Shown: positions 33,793 to 45,683, numbered from the stretch's first letter. The stretch is 64,000 nt of DNA from an uncultured Candidatus Rokubacteria bacterium (GCA_963758635.1 CAVWWD010000008.1:320001-384000); one strand, 5' to 3'. The notes: generated by a model not told the origin, from the letters alone. A program made the numbers and translations.

Positions 33793-33960
33793 GCCGTCGC
33801 GCGGGGCCCTGAGCGATGCGCGTCGTGTACTCGTTCGAGGGCCGCCGCTCCATCATCAGCCCGGAGGTGCACCAGCGCGTGTGGCGGCTGGTCGAGGCCG
33901 AGTCGCTCCCCGTGGCCACCAAGCACGAGGGCACGCTGCCCGGCTACCGGATTGCTGTAG

Positions 33961-34062
33961 GAGCCGAGCCATAGGCGAGGCGACGGATATAAGAATGCCT
34001 TGGAAACGACCGGCGCCGGTGGCCGGGACTGAGATAAGGATGCAGTGGAAACGACCGTCGAC
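33961..34062 (+). repeat. Two degenerate copies of the 45.7-kb repeat core
   Basis: atataagaatgccttggaaacgaccg and agataaggatgcagtggaaacgaccg resemble atatggaaatgccgtggaaaccaccg; preceded by gagccataggcgag. Confidence 0.6.
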
Positions 34063-34111
34063 CTTAGCCGCGACCGAGTGGCAGTAGGCGACGGAGAAAA
34101 AGGAGGCGTTC

Positions 34112-34881
34112 ATGAATCCGTTCGATCTGAAGGGGAAGGTGGCGCTCGTCACCGGCGGCAACGGCGGGATCGGGCTCGGCATGGCCCGTGGCCTGGCCGC
34201 GGCGGGGGCGGGCGTGGCGGTCGTGGGCCGGAACGCCGACAAGAACCGGCAGGCCGCCGCCGATCTCGCCGGGCTCGGCGGGCCGGTGGAGGCGTTCGAG
34301 GCGGACGTGGCCAAGGAGGAGGCGGTCGAGGCGCTGGTGCCGCGCGTGCGCGAGCGGCTGGGACGGATCGACGTGCTCGTGAACAACGCCGGCATCAACA
34401 TCCGCAAGGCGCCCCAGGACTACTCGCTCGCCGAGTGGCGCGAGGTGCTCGACACCAACCTCACCAGTGCCTTCCTCCTGAGCCGCGCCTGCTACCCGGC
34501 GATGAAGGCGCAGGGCGGGGGCAAGATCATCAACATCGGCTCGATGATGTCGATCTTCGGCGCGTCGTTCGCCGGGCCCTACGCCTCGTCCAAGGGAGGG
34601 ATCGTGCAGTTCACCCGCGCCACGGCGAGCGCCTGGGCGCGCGACAACATCCAGGTGAACGCGGTGCTCCCCGGCTGGATCGACACCGACCTCACGCGCC
34701 GCGCGCGCGCCCAGGTGCCTCCGCTCCACGACGCGATCCTCGCGCGCACGCCGGCGGGGCGCTGGGGCGGGCCGGAAGACATGGCGGGCATCGCGGTGTT
34801 CCTGGCAAGCCCGGCGTCGGACTTCGTGACCGGCACCGCGATCCCGGTGCGACGGCAGGCTACTCGATCCAGGGGGTCTGA
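34112..34881 (+). CDS. SDR oxidoreductase (KduD/gluconate 5-dehydrogenase-like); indel near 34850
   Basis: TGGNGGIG, NNAG, YASSKGG, PGWIDTD; corrected end reads IPVDGGYSIQGV. Confidence 0.88.
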
Positions 34882-34906
34882 GCGGAGTACACTGCACTGT
34901 CCGGTG

Positions 34907-35683
34907 ATGAGCGTGACCTTGCGGCTCACCGTGCTGCTCGCGCTGGCGCTCGCCGGGTGCGCCTCGGTGGCGCCGCTCGAGACGGCGATCCGGCAGCCCG
35001 CCCCGCCGTCCTCGCTGCGGTTCGGCGTCGACACGTTCGCCTTCCCCAACGAGAGCCGCACCAAGAACCAGGGCAAGCCGGACCTGTACGCGAACTACTG
35101 TTTCGTGATGGCCCGCGCGGTGTCGCAGTTCCAGCGCTTCGCCCGCTTCGAGCCGGCGGCCGCGCGGCTTCCGTCCGCCGCGTACGCCGAGCGCGTGCGC
35201 CAGGTCGTGACGCGAGCGCCGTGGCGGGATCCGCTGCCCGCCGATGAGCGGGTCGCGATCCCGGGCTACGCGTCGCTCTTCGATCTGTCGAGCGATCTGG
35301 AAGGCGCGGTGAAGGACGGCCTCGTCGGCCGGCTCTGGACGCTGCTGCACTGGACCAACTGGCGGGTCGTGTTCCCCATGCCGGCCTGGGAGCAGGAGCG
35401 GGTGGCGCGCGAGATGGTGGCCGAGCTCCAGGCGGGGCGGCCGGTGCAGCTGCTGGTCACGAACTTCCCGACGCCCGAGCTGAATCACACGGTGCTGGCC
35501 TACGAGTACCGCGTGGCGCAGGATGGGGGCGTGGAATTCGTCGTGTACGACCCGAACGACCCTTACGCGCCGGGGACGATCACGTGGGAGCGGACGACGC
35601 GGCGCTTCGTGGCCTCGCGTCTGTTCGACACCGAGGTGGGAACGATCCGCGCGTTCCGCATGTACCATGGGCCCTTCCTCTAG
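34907..35683 (+). CDS. Lipoprotein with a possible papain-like Cys-His-Asp triad
   Basis: Lipobox LAGC; ANYCFVMA...NHTVLAY...VYDPND. Confidence 0.7.
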   Translation: MSVTLRLTVLLALALAGCASVAPLETAIRQPAPPSSLRFGVDTFAFPNESRTKNQGKPDLYANYCFVMARAVSQFQRFARFEPAAARLPSAAYAERVRQVVTRAPWRDPLPADERVAIPGYASLFDLSSDLEGAVKDGLVGRLWTLLHWTNWRVVFPMPAWEQERVAREMVAELQAGRPVQLLVTNFPTPELNHTVLAYEYRVAQDGGVEFVVYDPNDPYAPGTITWERTTRRFVASRLFDTEVGTIRAFRMYHGPFL

Positions 35684-35730
35684 CACCACCGCGGGGCGCC
35701 AGGCCGGCGGCACGCTCGCGAGCGAGCGCG

Positions 35731-36644
35731 GTGACGGCGCCGTCGCGCGACCGCGCTGGTACTCCCACGGCTGGAACCGCGTGGCCTACTATCGCGCGGC
35801 GACGGCCCTGGCCGCGTCGCTGCCGCGGTCCGCCCGTCTCGGGCTGGCCCGCGCGGCGGGCCGCCGCCTCGGCGGGCGCTTCCCGGCGGAGCGCGCCGCG
35901 GTGCGCGCGAACCTCCGCCGCGTGCTGCCCGAGGCCACGCCCGCGCGCCTGGACGCCGCGGTCGGGGAGACGTTCGCGGCCTTCGCCGCCTGCTTCGCGG
36001 ACCTCCTGACGCTCAACCGCCGGCCCGCCGGCACCCTCCGGCGCTGGGTCTCGAGCGCGACGGGCGAGGACCACCTCGAGGCGGCGCTCGCCGCGGATCG
36101 TGGCGTGATCCTCCTGACCGCGCACCTCGGTAACTGGGAGCTGGGCGGCCGCCTCCTCGGCCCGCGCCTCGGGCGGGCGACCCACGTGGTGCTCTCCGCC
36201 GAGCAGGACGCGGCGCTCGAGACGTACCTCCGGACCGACACGCCCGGCCTGCACTTCGTCACGCGCCGGCACGCCACGTCGACCCTCGGCCTCCTCGCCG
36301 CGCTCCGGCGCCGCGAGGCGGTGGCGCTGCAGGGCGACCGGCCCACCGGCGAGCGGGGCGACACGCTCGTGCCCTTCTTCGGAGAGCCGGCGGCGTTCCC
36401 GCTCGGGCCGTTCGTGCTCGCGCGCGCCGCCGGCGCGCCGGTCGTGCCGGCGTTCTGCACGATGGACGCCGAGGCGCGCTACCGGATCAGCATCGAGCCG
36501 GCCATCTGGGTGCGGCGCGGCGAGGAGGCCGAGGCGCTCGCCCGCATGGTGGGGGCGCTCGAGCGCGCGGTGCGCGCGGCGCCGACGCAGTGGTTCAACT
36601 TCTTCGACGTGTGGGCGCCCGGGCCTCCGGGAGCGGAGCGATGA
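35731..36644 (+). CDS. LpxL/lysophospholipid acyltransferase family protein (start approximate)
   Basis: LLTAHLGNWELGG, LQGDR, VPFFG...FPLGP, PTQWFNFFDVW. Confidence 0.88.
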
Positions 36645-37836
36645 GCGCCGGCGCGCGCCCGCGGATCGTCCTGGTCGCCGCGGGCGTCGTCACGCCCATC
36701 GGCCAGGACGTGGACGCGTTCTGGTCGTCGCTCCTCACCGGCGTCGACGGGATCTCCACGATCGAGCGCTTCCCGGTCGGCGACCTTCGTGTGGGCCGCG
36801 GCGGGGAGATCAAGAAGCTGACCCGCGTGAAGGACTGGGCCGGGGTGCCGGAGTGCCGGGCCACGCGCGTGCTGATCTCCGCGGCGGACGACCTCTCCGC
36901 GCAGGCCGGGCTTCGCGCGCGTGGCATCGATCCGCGCCGGCTCGCCGTGGTGGTGGGCACCGCGCTGGGCGGCGTCGAGGAGGGCGAGCACGCCCTCGCC
37001 GGCGACCGCAGCGCGCGCCGGCTGCGCGGCGCCTTCTACGACTCGCCCGCCCACAACCTCGCCCGGTGGCTCGGCGCGCGCGGCCCCGCGATCACGGTGT
37101 CGACCGCCTGCGCCTCCGGCGCCTCGTCGCTCGGCCTGGGGGCCGACCTGCTGCGCCACGGGCAGGCTGACGCGGTGGTGGCCGGTGGCTACGACGTGCT
37201 CTGCCGGTTCGTGATGCGCGGCTTCGACGCCCTGCGCTCGCTCACCCGCGACCGCGTCCGTCCCTTCGACCGGCGGCGCTCCGGCCTCCTGCTCGGCGAG
37301 GGCGCGGGGCTCGTGCTCATGATGCGGGAGTCCGAGGCCGGGGGGCGCCGGCTCGGCACGCTCCTCGGCCACGCGAGCGTGGGCGACGGCGCCCACATCT
37401 CCGCGCCGCACCCGGAGGGCCGGGGCCTCGAGCGCGCGGTCCGGATGGCGATGGCCCAGGCCGACGCCGAGCCCGGCCCAGATCGAGCTCGTGAGCGCGC
37501 ACGGGACGGGGACCACGCTCAACGACCGCATCGAGACCGCGGTCCTCAAGCGCGTCCTGGGCGCGCGGGCGCACGACGTGCCCGTCAACTCGATCAAGTC
37601 CACGATGGGGCACACGATGGGCGCCGCGGCCACGCTCGAGGCCGTGATGTGCCTCTATGCCGGGCGCCACGGGCAGGTGCCGCCCACGCGTCACCTCGAG
37701 GAGCCCGACCCCGAGTGCGACCTCGACTACGTGCCCGGGCCAGCCCCGCGCGGCGCGCCCGCGCGTGAGCCTCAGCACCTCGCTCGGCTTCGGCGGGCAG
37801 AACGCCGCCCTCGTCCTCGAGGCGGCCCCCGCGTGA
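36641..37836 (+). CDS. Beta-ketoacyl-ACP synthase KS1 (active); indels
   Basis: STACASG, RPFDRRRSG, AHGTGT, KSTMGHTMGA, SLGFGGQN. Confidence 0.9.
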
Positions 37837-38637
37837 TCGCCGCGCCGGTGGTGCGAGGCCTCGGGCTCCTCTCCGGCTGGGGCCGCGGGCGCCGCGGCGA
37901 TTCCCGGCGATGCCGTCGTGGCGGCCGCGGGGCGGCGCACGGTCGGCCTCGGACGCGTCTCGGGCCCCCGCTACACGGGCGACCGGTACCGGCGCACCAC
38001 CCGCGAGTGCCTCTGGGCCCTTGCGTCGGTCGAGGCCATGCTGGAAGATGTGGGCGCCGCGCGCGAGACGCTCGCCGGAGACGGCACCGCGCTCGTGTTC
38101 GTCAGCGCGGCGGTGTACGCGGCGTCGAATCGCGCGTTCATCGAAGGCGGAGGCGGCAGCACGCACTTCGCGTACACGGCTCCCGCCGTGGTGCCGGCCG
38201 AGGTCGCGATCGAGTTCGGGCTGACCGGGCCCTCGGCGATCTTCATCGGCGGTCCGCCGGCCACGCTCCGGGCGATCTGGCACGCGGCGACCCTCCTCGC
38301 GGAGCGGGCGTGCGATCGCGTCCTGGTGCTCGCGGTGGAGACGTTCGCCGAGTGCGAGGACCTGTACGGGGCGATCCGGCGCCGGACACCGGCGCCGTTC
38401 GTCGAGACGTCGGGGTGCCTCTGGCTCGAGCCGGGCCCGGGGCGGCTGTCGCTGGCGCCGGTGAGCGCCCCGCGCCGCGCGATGGGCGCGACGGTGCGGC
38501 GGCGGATCGGCGAGACGTTCGCGTGTGAGCCGCTGGCCGCGGTGGCCCTCTGGCGCGCGGCCGGGTGTCCGGGGCCGCTCTGCCTGGAGGGCGGCTGGCG
38601 CGGCGAGGCGGTGCGGCTCGCGTGGGAGGACGCGTGA
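37833..38637 (+). CDS. Short KS-like / chain-length-factor-like protein without catalytic Cys
   Basis: VRGLGLLSGWG; FAYTAPAVVPAEVAIEFGLTGPSAIFIGGPP, with Pro at the Cys position. Confidence 0.65.
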
Positions 38638-38754
38638 GCCCACGGGTCGACGGAACACGGCGGGCTCGTGGCTCGTTGAAAGGACGGAGGAGCCGAGCGT
38701 GGTGACTGCCGACCGGCCCGACGCGGCCGGCGGGAAGGGGAGAGCCACCTGCGC

Positions 38755-39031
38755 ATGACACAGAAGGAAGTGCTCGATGAGCTGAAGGCGATCATCGTCG
38801 AGCGGCTGCGCTTCGATCCGCGGCGCGCCGCCGAGATGACGCCCGAGACCACCCTGCCCAAGGGGATCGAGGGCTCCCTCGGGCTGGACTCCCTCGACTT
38901 CATCGAGCTGTCGGTCGCGCTCGAGGAGCGCTTCGGCCTCGTCATCGACGAGGGCCAGGACCTCTCCGAGGAGTTCCAGCTCCCTGGACACCCTCTCACG
39001 CTTCGTCCTGGCCAAGAGCGGGCAGGCGTGA
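38755..39031 (+). CDS. Acyl carrier protein; indel near 38977
   Basis: LGLDSLDFIELSVALEERFG phosphopantetheine motif. Confidence 0.9.
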
Positions 39032-39062
39032 CGGCGCCGGGACACCCGGGCCCGGGCCGAGC

Positions 39063-40270
39063 ATGACGACGATCGTCGTCACGGGCCTCGGCGTCGTGAG
39101 CCCCTACGGCGCGGGGGCCAAGACCTTCTGGGCCGGTCTCTCCTCGGGCGCATGCGCGATCCGCCCCATCACGTTGATCGACACCGAAGGGTTCCGCTCC
39201 CGTATCGCCGCCGAGGTTCCCGCCGACGTGATGGCGGGCCTGGCGTCCGCGCCGGCGCGCCCGCGCCGACCGCCTCGCGCTCGCCGCCGCCCAGGAGGCC
39301 CTGGCTGACGCCGACCTCGCCCCGCGCGACCGCGCCGCGGCCGCGCTCATCGTGGGCGCGGTCGGCGGCGGCATGCTCGAGGGCGAGGCGTGGTACTGGG
39401 AGGAGACCCGCGACCGGACGCCCGTCGCCGCGCATCAAGGCGCTGCGCTCGATCCTGCCCTTCACCCACGCCGAGACGCTCGGCGCGCGGCTCCGCCTGG
39501 GCGGGCCCAAGGAGACCGTGGTCATGGCGTGCGCGTCGGGCGGCGGCGGCCATCGCGCTGGGCGCGGACATCATCCGCGCGGGCGCGGCGCCGGCGGCGG
39601 TGGTCGGGCGGCGTGGACGCGCTCACGCGCATCTGCTTCATGGGCTTCAACGCCCTCAAGCTCCTCGATCCCGAGCCGTGCCGCCCGTTCGACCGGCAGC
39701 GGCGCGGCATGTCGATCGGCGAGGCGAGCGCGTTCCTGGTCCTGGAGGACGCCGCGCGCGTGCAGGGCCGCGGGGCGCGCATCCACGGCGAGATCGCGGG
39801 CGAGGGCATGAGCACCGACGCCTACCACGTCACCGCGCCCGATCCCGCGGGCGAGGGGATGGTCCGCGCGATGCGATCTCGCGCTCGCCGAGGCGCGGCG
39901 TCGACCCGCGCGGACGTCGGCTACGTCAACGCCCACGGGACGGGCACGCTCCAGAACGACCGCGTCGAGGCCCTCGCGCTCGCGCGGGTGTTCGGCGAGG
40001 GCGGGGTGCTCGTGAGCTCGAGCAAGTCGCTCGTGGGCCACACGATGGCCGCGGCGGGCAGCCTGGAGGCGGCGGCCACGCTCCTGGCGCCTCCAGCACG
40101 GCCTCCTGCCGCCCACCGCCAACCTCGAGGACTGTGACCCGACGATCCCCTTCGACTGCGTCCCGGAGATGGCCCGGCCGGCGGCGGTGGACTGCGCGTG
40201 ACGAACTCCTTCGGGTTCGGCGGGCAGAACGTGAGCCTCGGTCCTCCGCCGCTTCAGCCGGCGATGCTCG
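39063..40270 (+). CDS. Beta-ketoacyl-ACP synthase KS2 (active); several indels, end approximate
   Basis: IVVTGLGVVSP, MACASG, NAHGTGT, KSLVGHTMAAAG, NSFGFGGQN. Confidence 0.88.
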
Positions 40271-41439
40271 ATGCCGCCGAGCCGCGTCGCGTCGTCGTCA
40301 CCGGCCTCGGCACCGTGAACGCGCGCGGCGGCCGGCGGCGCGGCCGCCCTGGCCGCCGCGCTCCGCTCGGGCCGCTCGGCCATCGCCCCCATCCGCTCCT
40401 TCGACGTGGACGGCGCGGCCTGCCGGCTGGCCGCGGAGGTGGACGAGGCCACGCTGGCCGACCTTATCGACCCGGGACGCCGCGCGCCGCCTGTCGCGGA
40501 TCTGCCGTCTGGCCGTGGCGGCGAGCCGCCAGGCCGTCGCTGACGCGCGCCTCGACCCCGTGGCGGCAGGCCGGCTCGCGATCGTGATGGGCACGGAGCA
40601 CGGCGACTTCCGCTCCAGCGTGGAGTTCGCCGCCGGTTTCCTGCGTCGCGGCGTCGGCGGGCTCTCGCCGATGATCTTCCCGAACACCGTGATGAACTCG
40701 ATGGGAGCGGTCGCGGCCATCGCGGTGGGCGCGCGCGGGCCGACGATCACGGTCAACCAGGCCACCGTGGCCGGCGACCTGGCGGTCGCGCGCGGCGCGC
40801 GGCTCGTCGCCTCCGGGCAGGCCGATGCCGTCCTCGCCGGCGGCGTCGACGAGATCTGCGCGCCGGTGTACCGGCGGCTCGCGCGCGATGCGCGTCCTCT
40901 CGCCGATGGGCCACTCGACGCCCGAGGGCTGCCGGCCCTTCGCGCCGGATCACAACGGGCCCGTGATCGGCGAGGGCGCCACGCTGCTCGTGCTGGAGGA
41001 GCGCGAGGCCGCGCTCGCGCGGGGCGCGACCGTCCACGCCGAGGTCGCTCGCCGCCGCCTGGTCGAACGTCCCGGTGGCGCCCCACACCGCGCCGTCCAC
41101 GCGCCGCGATCCGCGCTCGCCGGTGCTGCGCGCGCTCTCCGACGCGAGCCTGCCCGCGGGCGGCGGTCGCGGCCTGCTACGCCGCGGGCAACGGCGACCC
41201 GCGGTGGACGACTGGGAGGCCCGCGCTCCTCGGCGAGGACCTGCGCGACGCTGCCGGCCTCCGGGTGCCCGAGCGCCTCCGCTCGCTCGCCCCGATATTC
41301 GGCCAGCACGGGGGCCTCGGCGCGCTCCGCGCCGGCGCGGCCGCGCTCGACGGTGGGCGCGGGCGGGGGGACCGCGCTCGTCCACGGCATCGCCCGCGGC
41401 GGGTGCCGCACGGCGATCCTGCTCGGGCGCGCGGCATGA
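40264..41439 (+). CDS. KS-like chain-length-factor protein (Cys replaced by Thr); indels, start approximate
   Basis: [31 protein letters not shown] aligns with KS1 GPAITVSTACASG; IGEGA. Confidence 0.75.
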
Positions 41440-42544
41440 GCGACCGATCGGTCCGCCCGCGCGGTGTGTCCGACCTCCTGATCGTCATCCCCGTGTTCAA
41501 CGAGGCGGCGACGCTCGGCCCGGTGGTGGCGGCCGCGCGCCGCCACGGGCCCGTGCTCGTCGTGGACGACGGTTCCTCCGACGGGAGCGCGGAGGTGGCG
41601 GCCGAGGCCGGCGCGCGACGTGCTCCGCCTCGGGCGGCGCAGGGGCAAGGGCGAGGCACTGCGGCGCGGGTTCGCGGAGGCGCTGACCCGCGGCGCCGAG
41701 CGCGCCGTCACGCTGGACGGCGACGGGCAGCACGATCCCGACGAGATCCCCCGGCTCCTCGGCGCCGCGGCCCGGGATCCCGACGCGCTCGTGATCGGCG
41801 ATCGCCTCGCTTCGGGGCCGGATGTGATCCCGCCCGAGCGTCTCGAGGCCATGCAGGTGGCGGGCTTCTTCATCGACTGGCTCATCGGCCTGCCGCTCCG
41901 TGACACGCAGTCGGGATTCCGCGTCTACCCGGGGCGCTTGCTCGCCACGGCGCGCGCCCGCGAGGGCGGGTTCGTGTTCGAGACCGAGATGCTGCATCCG
42001 CGCCGCGGCGGTCGGCTGCGCGATCGTCTCCGTGCCCATCACCGCGCGCCACTTCCCGGGACGCCGGAGCCGCTTCCGCCCCGGACGCGACGGGACCGCG
42101 GTGGCCGCCTACCTGGTCGGGCGTGGCCTCCGCCGCTGGGGCGCCGACACGGCGATGGTGGCGTCCGCGATCGTGCGCCCGTTCGGCCGCGAGCGCATGC
42201 GCATCCGTCACGGCGAGCTGCAGCAGTTCGCCGCGCCGTACCGTGACAACGCCGGCTCCTTCATGACCGCGGTGGCGGCCTTCGCGCTGTCGCGCACCGC
42301 CGACACGTGGCGGCGCTGGTGGCGCGACCCGCGCGCGCGCGGGCTTCGCCTCGCCGCGTCGGCCACCGCGCTCGCCCCCGTGCTGCTCGGCATGGTCGTG
42401 CTCCGCCGGCCGCTCCGGGCGATCGGGCGTGACCCGGCGGCGGTCCTCATCCGCCGCGTCTACTGCCAGGAGCGGCTCGCGCAGACGCTCCGGCGCGAGC
42501 CGGCGGGCGCGGGCGCGGCCCAGGCGCTGGCCGCGACGCCATGA
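41436..42544 (+). CDS. Glycosyltransferase family 2 with a C-terminal extension; indels
   Basis: [42 protein letters not shown]. Confidence 0.88.
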
Positions 42545-43827
42545 GCGTGGCGCTTCCGCCTCCCGACCACGACGTCCTCGTGGTGGGTGGCGGCCCGGCG
42601 GGCGCGACCGCCGCCACCTTCCTGGCCCGCGGCGGCCTCTCGGTGGCCCTCACCGAGCGCGAGCCGTTCCCGCGCTTCCACGTCGGCGAGTCGCTCCTAC
42701 CCGCCAACCTGCCGCTGCTCGAGCGCATGGGCGTGCTCGAGCGCATCGCCGGCCACGGATTCCTGAAGAAGTACGGGGCGGCGTTCCACGACCAGGAGAC
42801 CGGGCTCGAGCACACGTTCTACTTCCGTGAGGGGAAGCCGTGGCCGCCGTGGAGCTACGAGGTGCCGCGCGCGGAGTTCGACCGGATCCTGCTCGAGCAC
42901 GCGGTGGCCCAGCCCGGCGTGCACCTGCTCCAGCCCGTGACGGTGCGGGAGGCGACGTTCGACGCGGGCGGCGTGACCGTGCAGCTCCGTGCGCCCCAGG
43001 GCGAGCGGACGGTCCGCGCGCGGTTCCTCGTGGACGCGAGCGGGCGCGACGGCTTCCTGGCCTCGCGCCAGGGGCGGCGGGCGCCCGTGCCCGGGCTCGG
43101 CAAGGTGGCGGTGTTCGCCCACTTCCGCGGCGCGCGCCGGTGGCCGGGCCGGGAGGAGGGCAACATCCGGATCTACGTGTTCGAGGACGGCTGGTTCTGG
43201 TGGATCCCCTTCGCCGGAGACGTGACGAGCGTGGGGTGCGTGCTCCACTCGCGCGCCGTGCGCGACCGCGAGAGCTCGATGGAGGCGCTGTTCGAGACCA
43301 TGATCGGCCGGTGCCGCCGCGTGGCCGAGGGCCTGGCCGGCTCGGAGCGGGTCACGCCCGTCCACACCGCGGCGAACTTCTCGTACCGCGTGGACCCGGT
43401 AGCGGGCGACCGTTTCGTCTGCGTGGGCGACGCGGTGACGTTCATGGACCCGATCTTCTCCACCGGCGTGTTCATCGCCATGCAGTCCGCGGAGCTCGCC
43501 GCGGCGCGGGTCGTCGGGGCGTTCCGCGACGACCGCTTCGAGGCCGCGCGCTTCGCCGGCTACGAGCGGCGGTTCCGGAAGGGCACCGCGCCGTTCTTCC
43601 GCTTCATCCGCGGCTACTACGATCCCGCCTTCCTCGAGGTCTTCCTGCGCCCGAGCGAGGCCTTCGCGATGCTCGACTCGGTGACGGGGGTGCTCGCCGG
43701 CGGAGGCTTCGTCTCGATGCCGCTCCGCATGCGGCTGTCGCTCATGCTCTTCTTCGCCATCGTCTCCGCCAACCGCTGGCGCCGCCGGCGCGGCGGCCGG
43801 CCCAGCGAGTCGAGACTGGAGTGGTAG
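42541..43827 (+). CDS. Flavin-dependent halogenase-like oxidoreductase
   Basis: GGGPAG, FPRFHVGESL, FLKKYGA, DASGR, GWFWWIP (WxWxIP), GDA..F.DPIFSTGV. Confidence 0.85.
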   Translation: MSVALPPPDHDVLVVGGGPAGATAATFLARGGLSVALTEREPFPRFHVGESLLPANLPLLERMGVLERIAGHGFLKKYGAAFHDQETGLEHTFYFREGKPWPPWSYEVPRAEFDRILLEHAVAQPGVHLLQPVTVREATFDAGGVTVQLRAPQGERTVRARFLVDASGRDGFLASRQGRRAPVPGLGKVAVFAHFRGARRWPGREEGNIRIYVFEDGWFWWIPFAGDVTSVGCVLHSRAVRDRESSMEALFETMIGRCRRVAEGLAGSERVTPVHTAANFSYRVDPVAGDRFVCVGDAVTFMDPIFSTGVFIAMQSAELAAARVVGAFRDDRFEAARFAGYERRFRKGTAPFFRFIRGYYDPAFLEVFLRPSEAFAMLDSVTGVLAGGGFVSMPLRMRLSLMLFFAIVSANRWRRRRGGRPSESRLEW

Positions 43828-45017
43828 CGGCCGGGCGCCTCCGCGCGCTCCTCCCGCGCGGCTACCTCTTCACCGTCCTCGGCATCGCGGTGGGCGTGGC
43901 CGGACTGGTCGCGCTCGGGGCGATGGCCGAGCGCATCACGCGCTTCATCGACGGCGGCGACCGCTTCGTCCTCGGGCAGATCTCCGTGGCCGGCGAGGGG
44001 ATGGGGATGGGCGCGGGCTTCACGGCGGGCGGCCTCCTCACCTCGGCCAAGATCGCCGAGATCGCCGCGGTGCCCGGCGTGGCCGCGGTGCAGGCGCAGG
44101 TGATGCTGCCGATCAGCACCAGCACGTCGCACTTCCTGACGCTGACCCAGGAGCTGGTGATGGGCATGGACCCGGCCTCGCCCATGGCCAACCGGCACTA
44201 CCGCGAGCTCCACGTGCGCGCGGGCCGCTTCCTCGCGCCGGGCGATCGCGGCGTGGTCGTCGTGGGTGCGGACTTCGCGGCGGCGCGGAACCTCTCGGTG
44301 GGGAGCCGGCTGCCCATCGCCGGCCTCGAGTTCACGGTGGCGGGCATCCTCGACAAGACGCTGACCGCGCCCGACCGCTTCGCCATCGTGCCGCTCGATG
44401 ACGCGCGCGACCTGTGGCTGCGCCGCGACCCGCTCCTGATCCAGGTCTTCGCGGCCGGGCGCCTGACCCGCGCCGACCTCAACTCCGGCGCCGCCGTCGG
44501 CTGGGCCCCGGGCGAGGACCCCGACGCCCTCGCGCGGCGGATCCAGGCCACCGTCAAGGGCGTCAACGTCACCATCCCCGGCGAGCTGTCGCGCCTGCTG
44601 CGCCAGTCCACCGCGTTCTTCTCGGCCCTGCTCCTCGGGATGGCCGTGCTCGGCCTCGTCATCGGCGGCCTGTCGCTCTCCAACACGGTGACCGCCGCGG
44701 TGTTCGAGCGGCTGCGCGACTTCGGCATCAAGCGCGCGCTCGGCGCCACGGACGGCGACCTGCTGCGCGAGGTGGCGGGCGAGGCGGTGGGCGTGAGCCT
44801 CTGGGGCAGCGCGGTGGGCGTGGCGCTCGCGCTGGCCGTCGGCACGCTCGTGGACAGCCGCGTCCTGCGCGACGGCCAGCAGCTCTTCCTGTTCTCGCCG
44901 CGGCTCCTCGTCTTCGCGCTGGTCTTCGCCGTGGTCCTCGGGCTCGCCGCCGCCACCTACGCGACGCTGCGCATCGTCCGGCTCTCGCCCGCCGACGCCA
45001 TCCGGCGCGGCGCGTGA
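43821..45017 (+). CDS. MacB/FtsX-like ABC permease
   Basis: [33 protein letters not shown]. Confidence 0.88.
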   Translation: MVAAGRLRALLPRGYLFTVLGIAVGVAGLVALGAMAERITRFIDGGDRFVLGQISVAGEGMGMGAGFTAGGLLTSAKIAEIAAVPGVAAVQAQVMLPISTSTSHFLTLTQELVMGMDPASPMANRHYRELHVRAGRFLAPGDRGVVVVGADFAAARNLSVGSRLPIAGLEFTVAGILDKTLTAPDRFAIVPLDDARDLWLRRDPLLIQVFAAGRLTRADLNSGAAVGWAPGEDPDALARRIQATVKGVNVTIPGELSRLLRQSTAFFSALLLGMAVLGLVIGGLSLSNTVTAAVFERLRDFGIKRALGATDGDLLREVAGEAVGVSLWGSAVGVALALAVGTLVDSRVLRDGQQLFLFSPRLLVFALVFAVVLGLAAATYATLRIVRLSPADAIRRGA

Positions 45018-45030
45018 GGGCGCGACCGGC

Positions 45031-45683
45031 ATGGTGATCCGCGCCGCGGGCATCGAGAAGGCCTACCGCGGCGCGGGGGCCGAGCCCGTGCGCGTGCTGC
45101 GCGGGGTGGACCTCACGGTGAAGGGGGGCGAGGTGCTGGCCGTGGTCGGGCCCTCGGGCTCGGGGAAGTCCACGCTCCTGAACCTGCTCGGCCTGCTCGA
45201 GCCCCCCGACGCCGGCGAGATCTGGTTCGACGCCACGCGCGTCAGCCATCTCTCCCGCCGGGCCCAGTGCCGGGTGCGCGGCGAGTCGATCGGCTACGTG
45301 TTCCAGTCGTTCCTGCTCATCGAGCGGCTCACCGCGCTGGACAACGTCGTGCTCGCCGCGCGCTACGTCGGGCGCGACCGGGCCGCCGCCCGTCGCGAGG
45401 CGGTCCAGTGGATGGAACGGCTCGGCGTCGCCCATCGCCAGGACCACTTCCCCTCGCAGCTCTCCGGGGGGAGCAGCAGCGCGTGGCCTTCTGCCGGGCC
45501 GTGCTGAACCGCCCGCCCCTCTTGCTCGCCGATGAACCTACTGGCAATCTTGACGACGATCATGCCCGCGTGATCCTGGACGAGCTGATCGCGCAGGCCC
45601 GGGAGCGCGCGAACGGCGGTGGTCCTCGTGACCCACCGCCCCGCCGCCGCGGCGGCGGCGAATCGATGCTTGCGGCTGACTGA
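45031..45683 (+). CDS. ABC ATP-binding protein (LolD/MacB-like); indel near 45470
   Basis: [30 protein letters not shown]. Confidence 0.9.

Noticed and set aside
33816..33974. 52-aa ORF MRVVYSFEGRR...
   Set aside because: Short, no RBS, no family recognised, and it runs into the repeat
34112..35683. SDR-lipoprotein fusion (523 aa)
   Set aside because: An indel near 34850 removes the SDR stop; the second part begins with its own signal peptide
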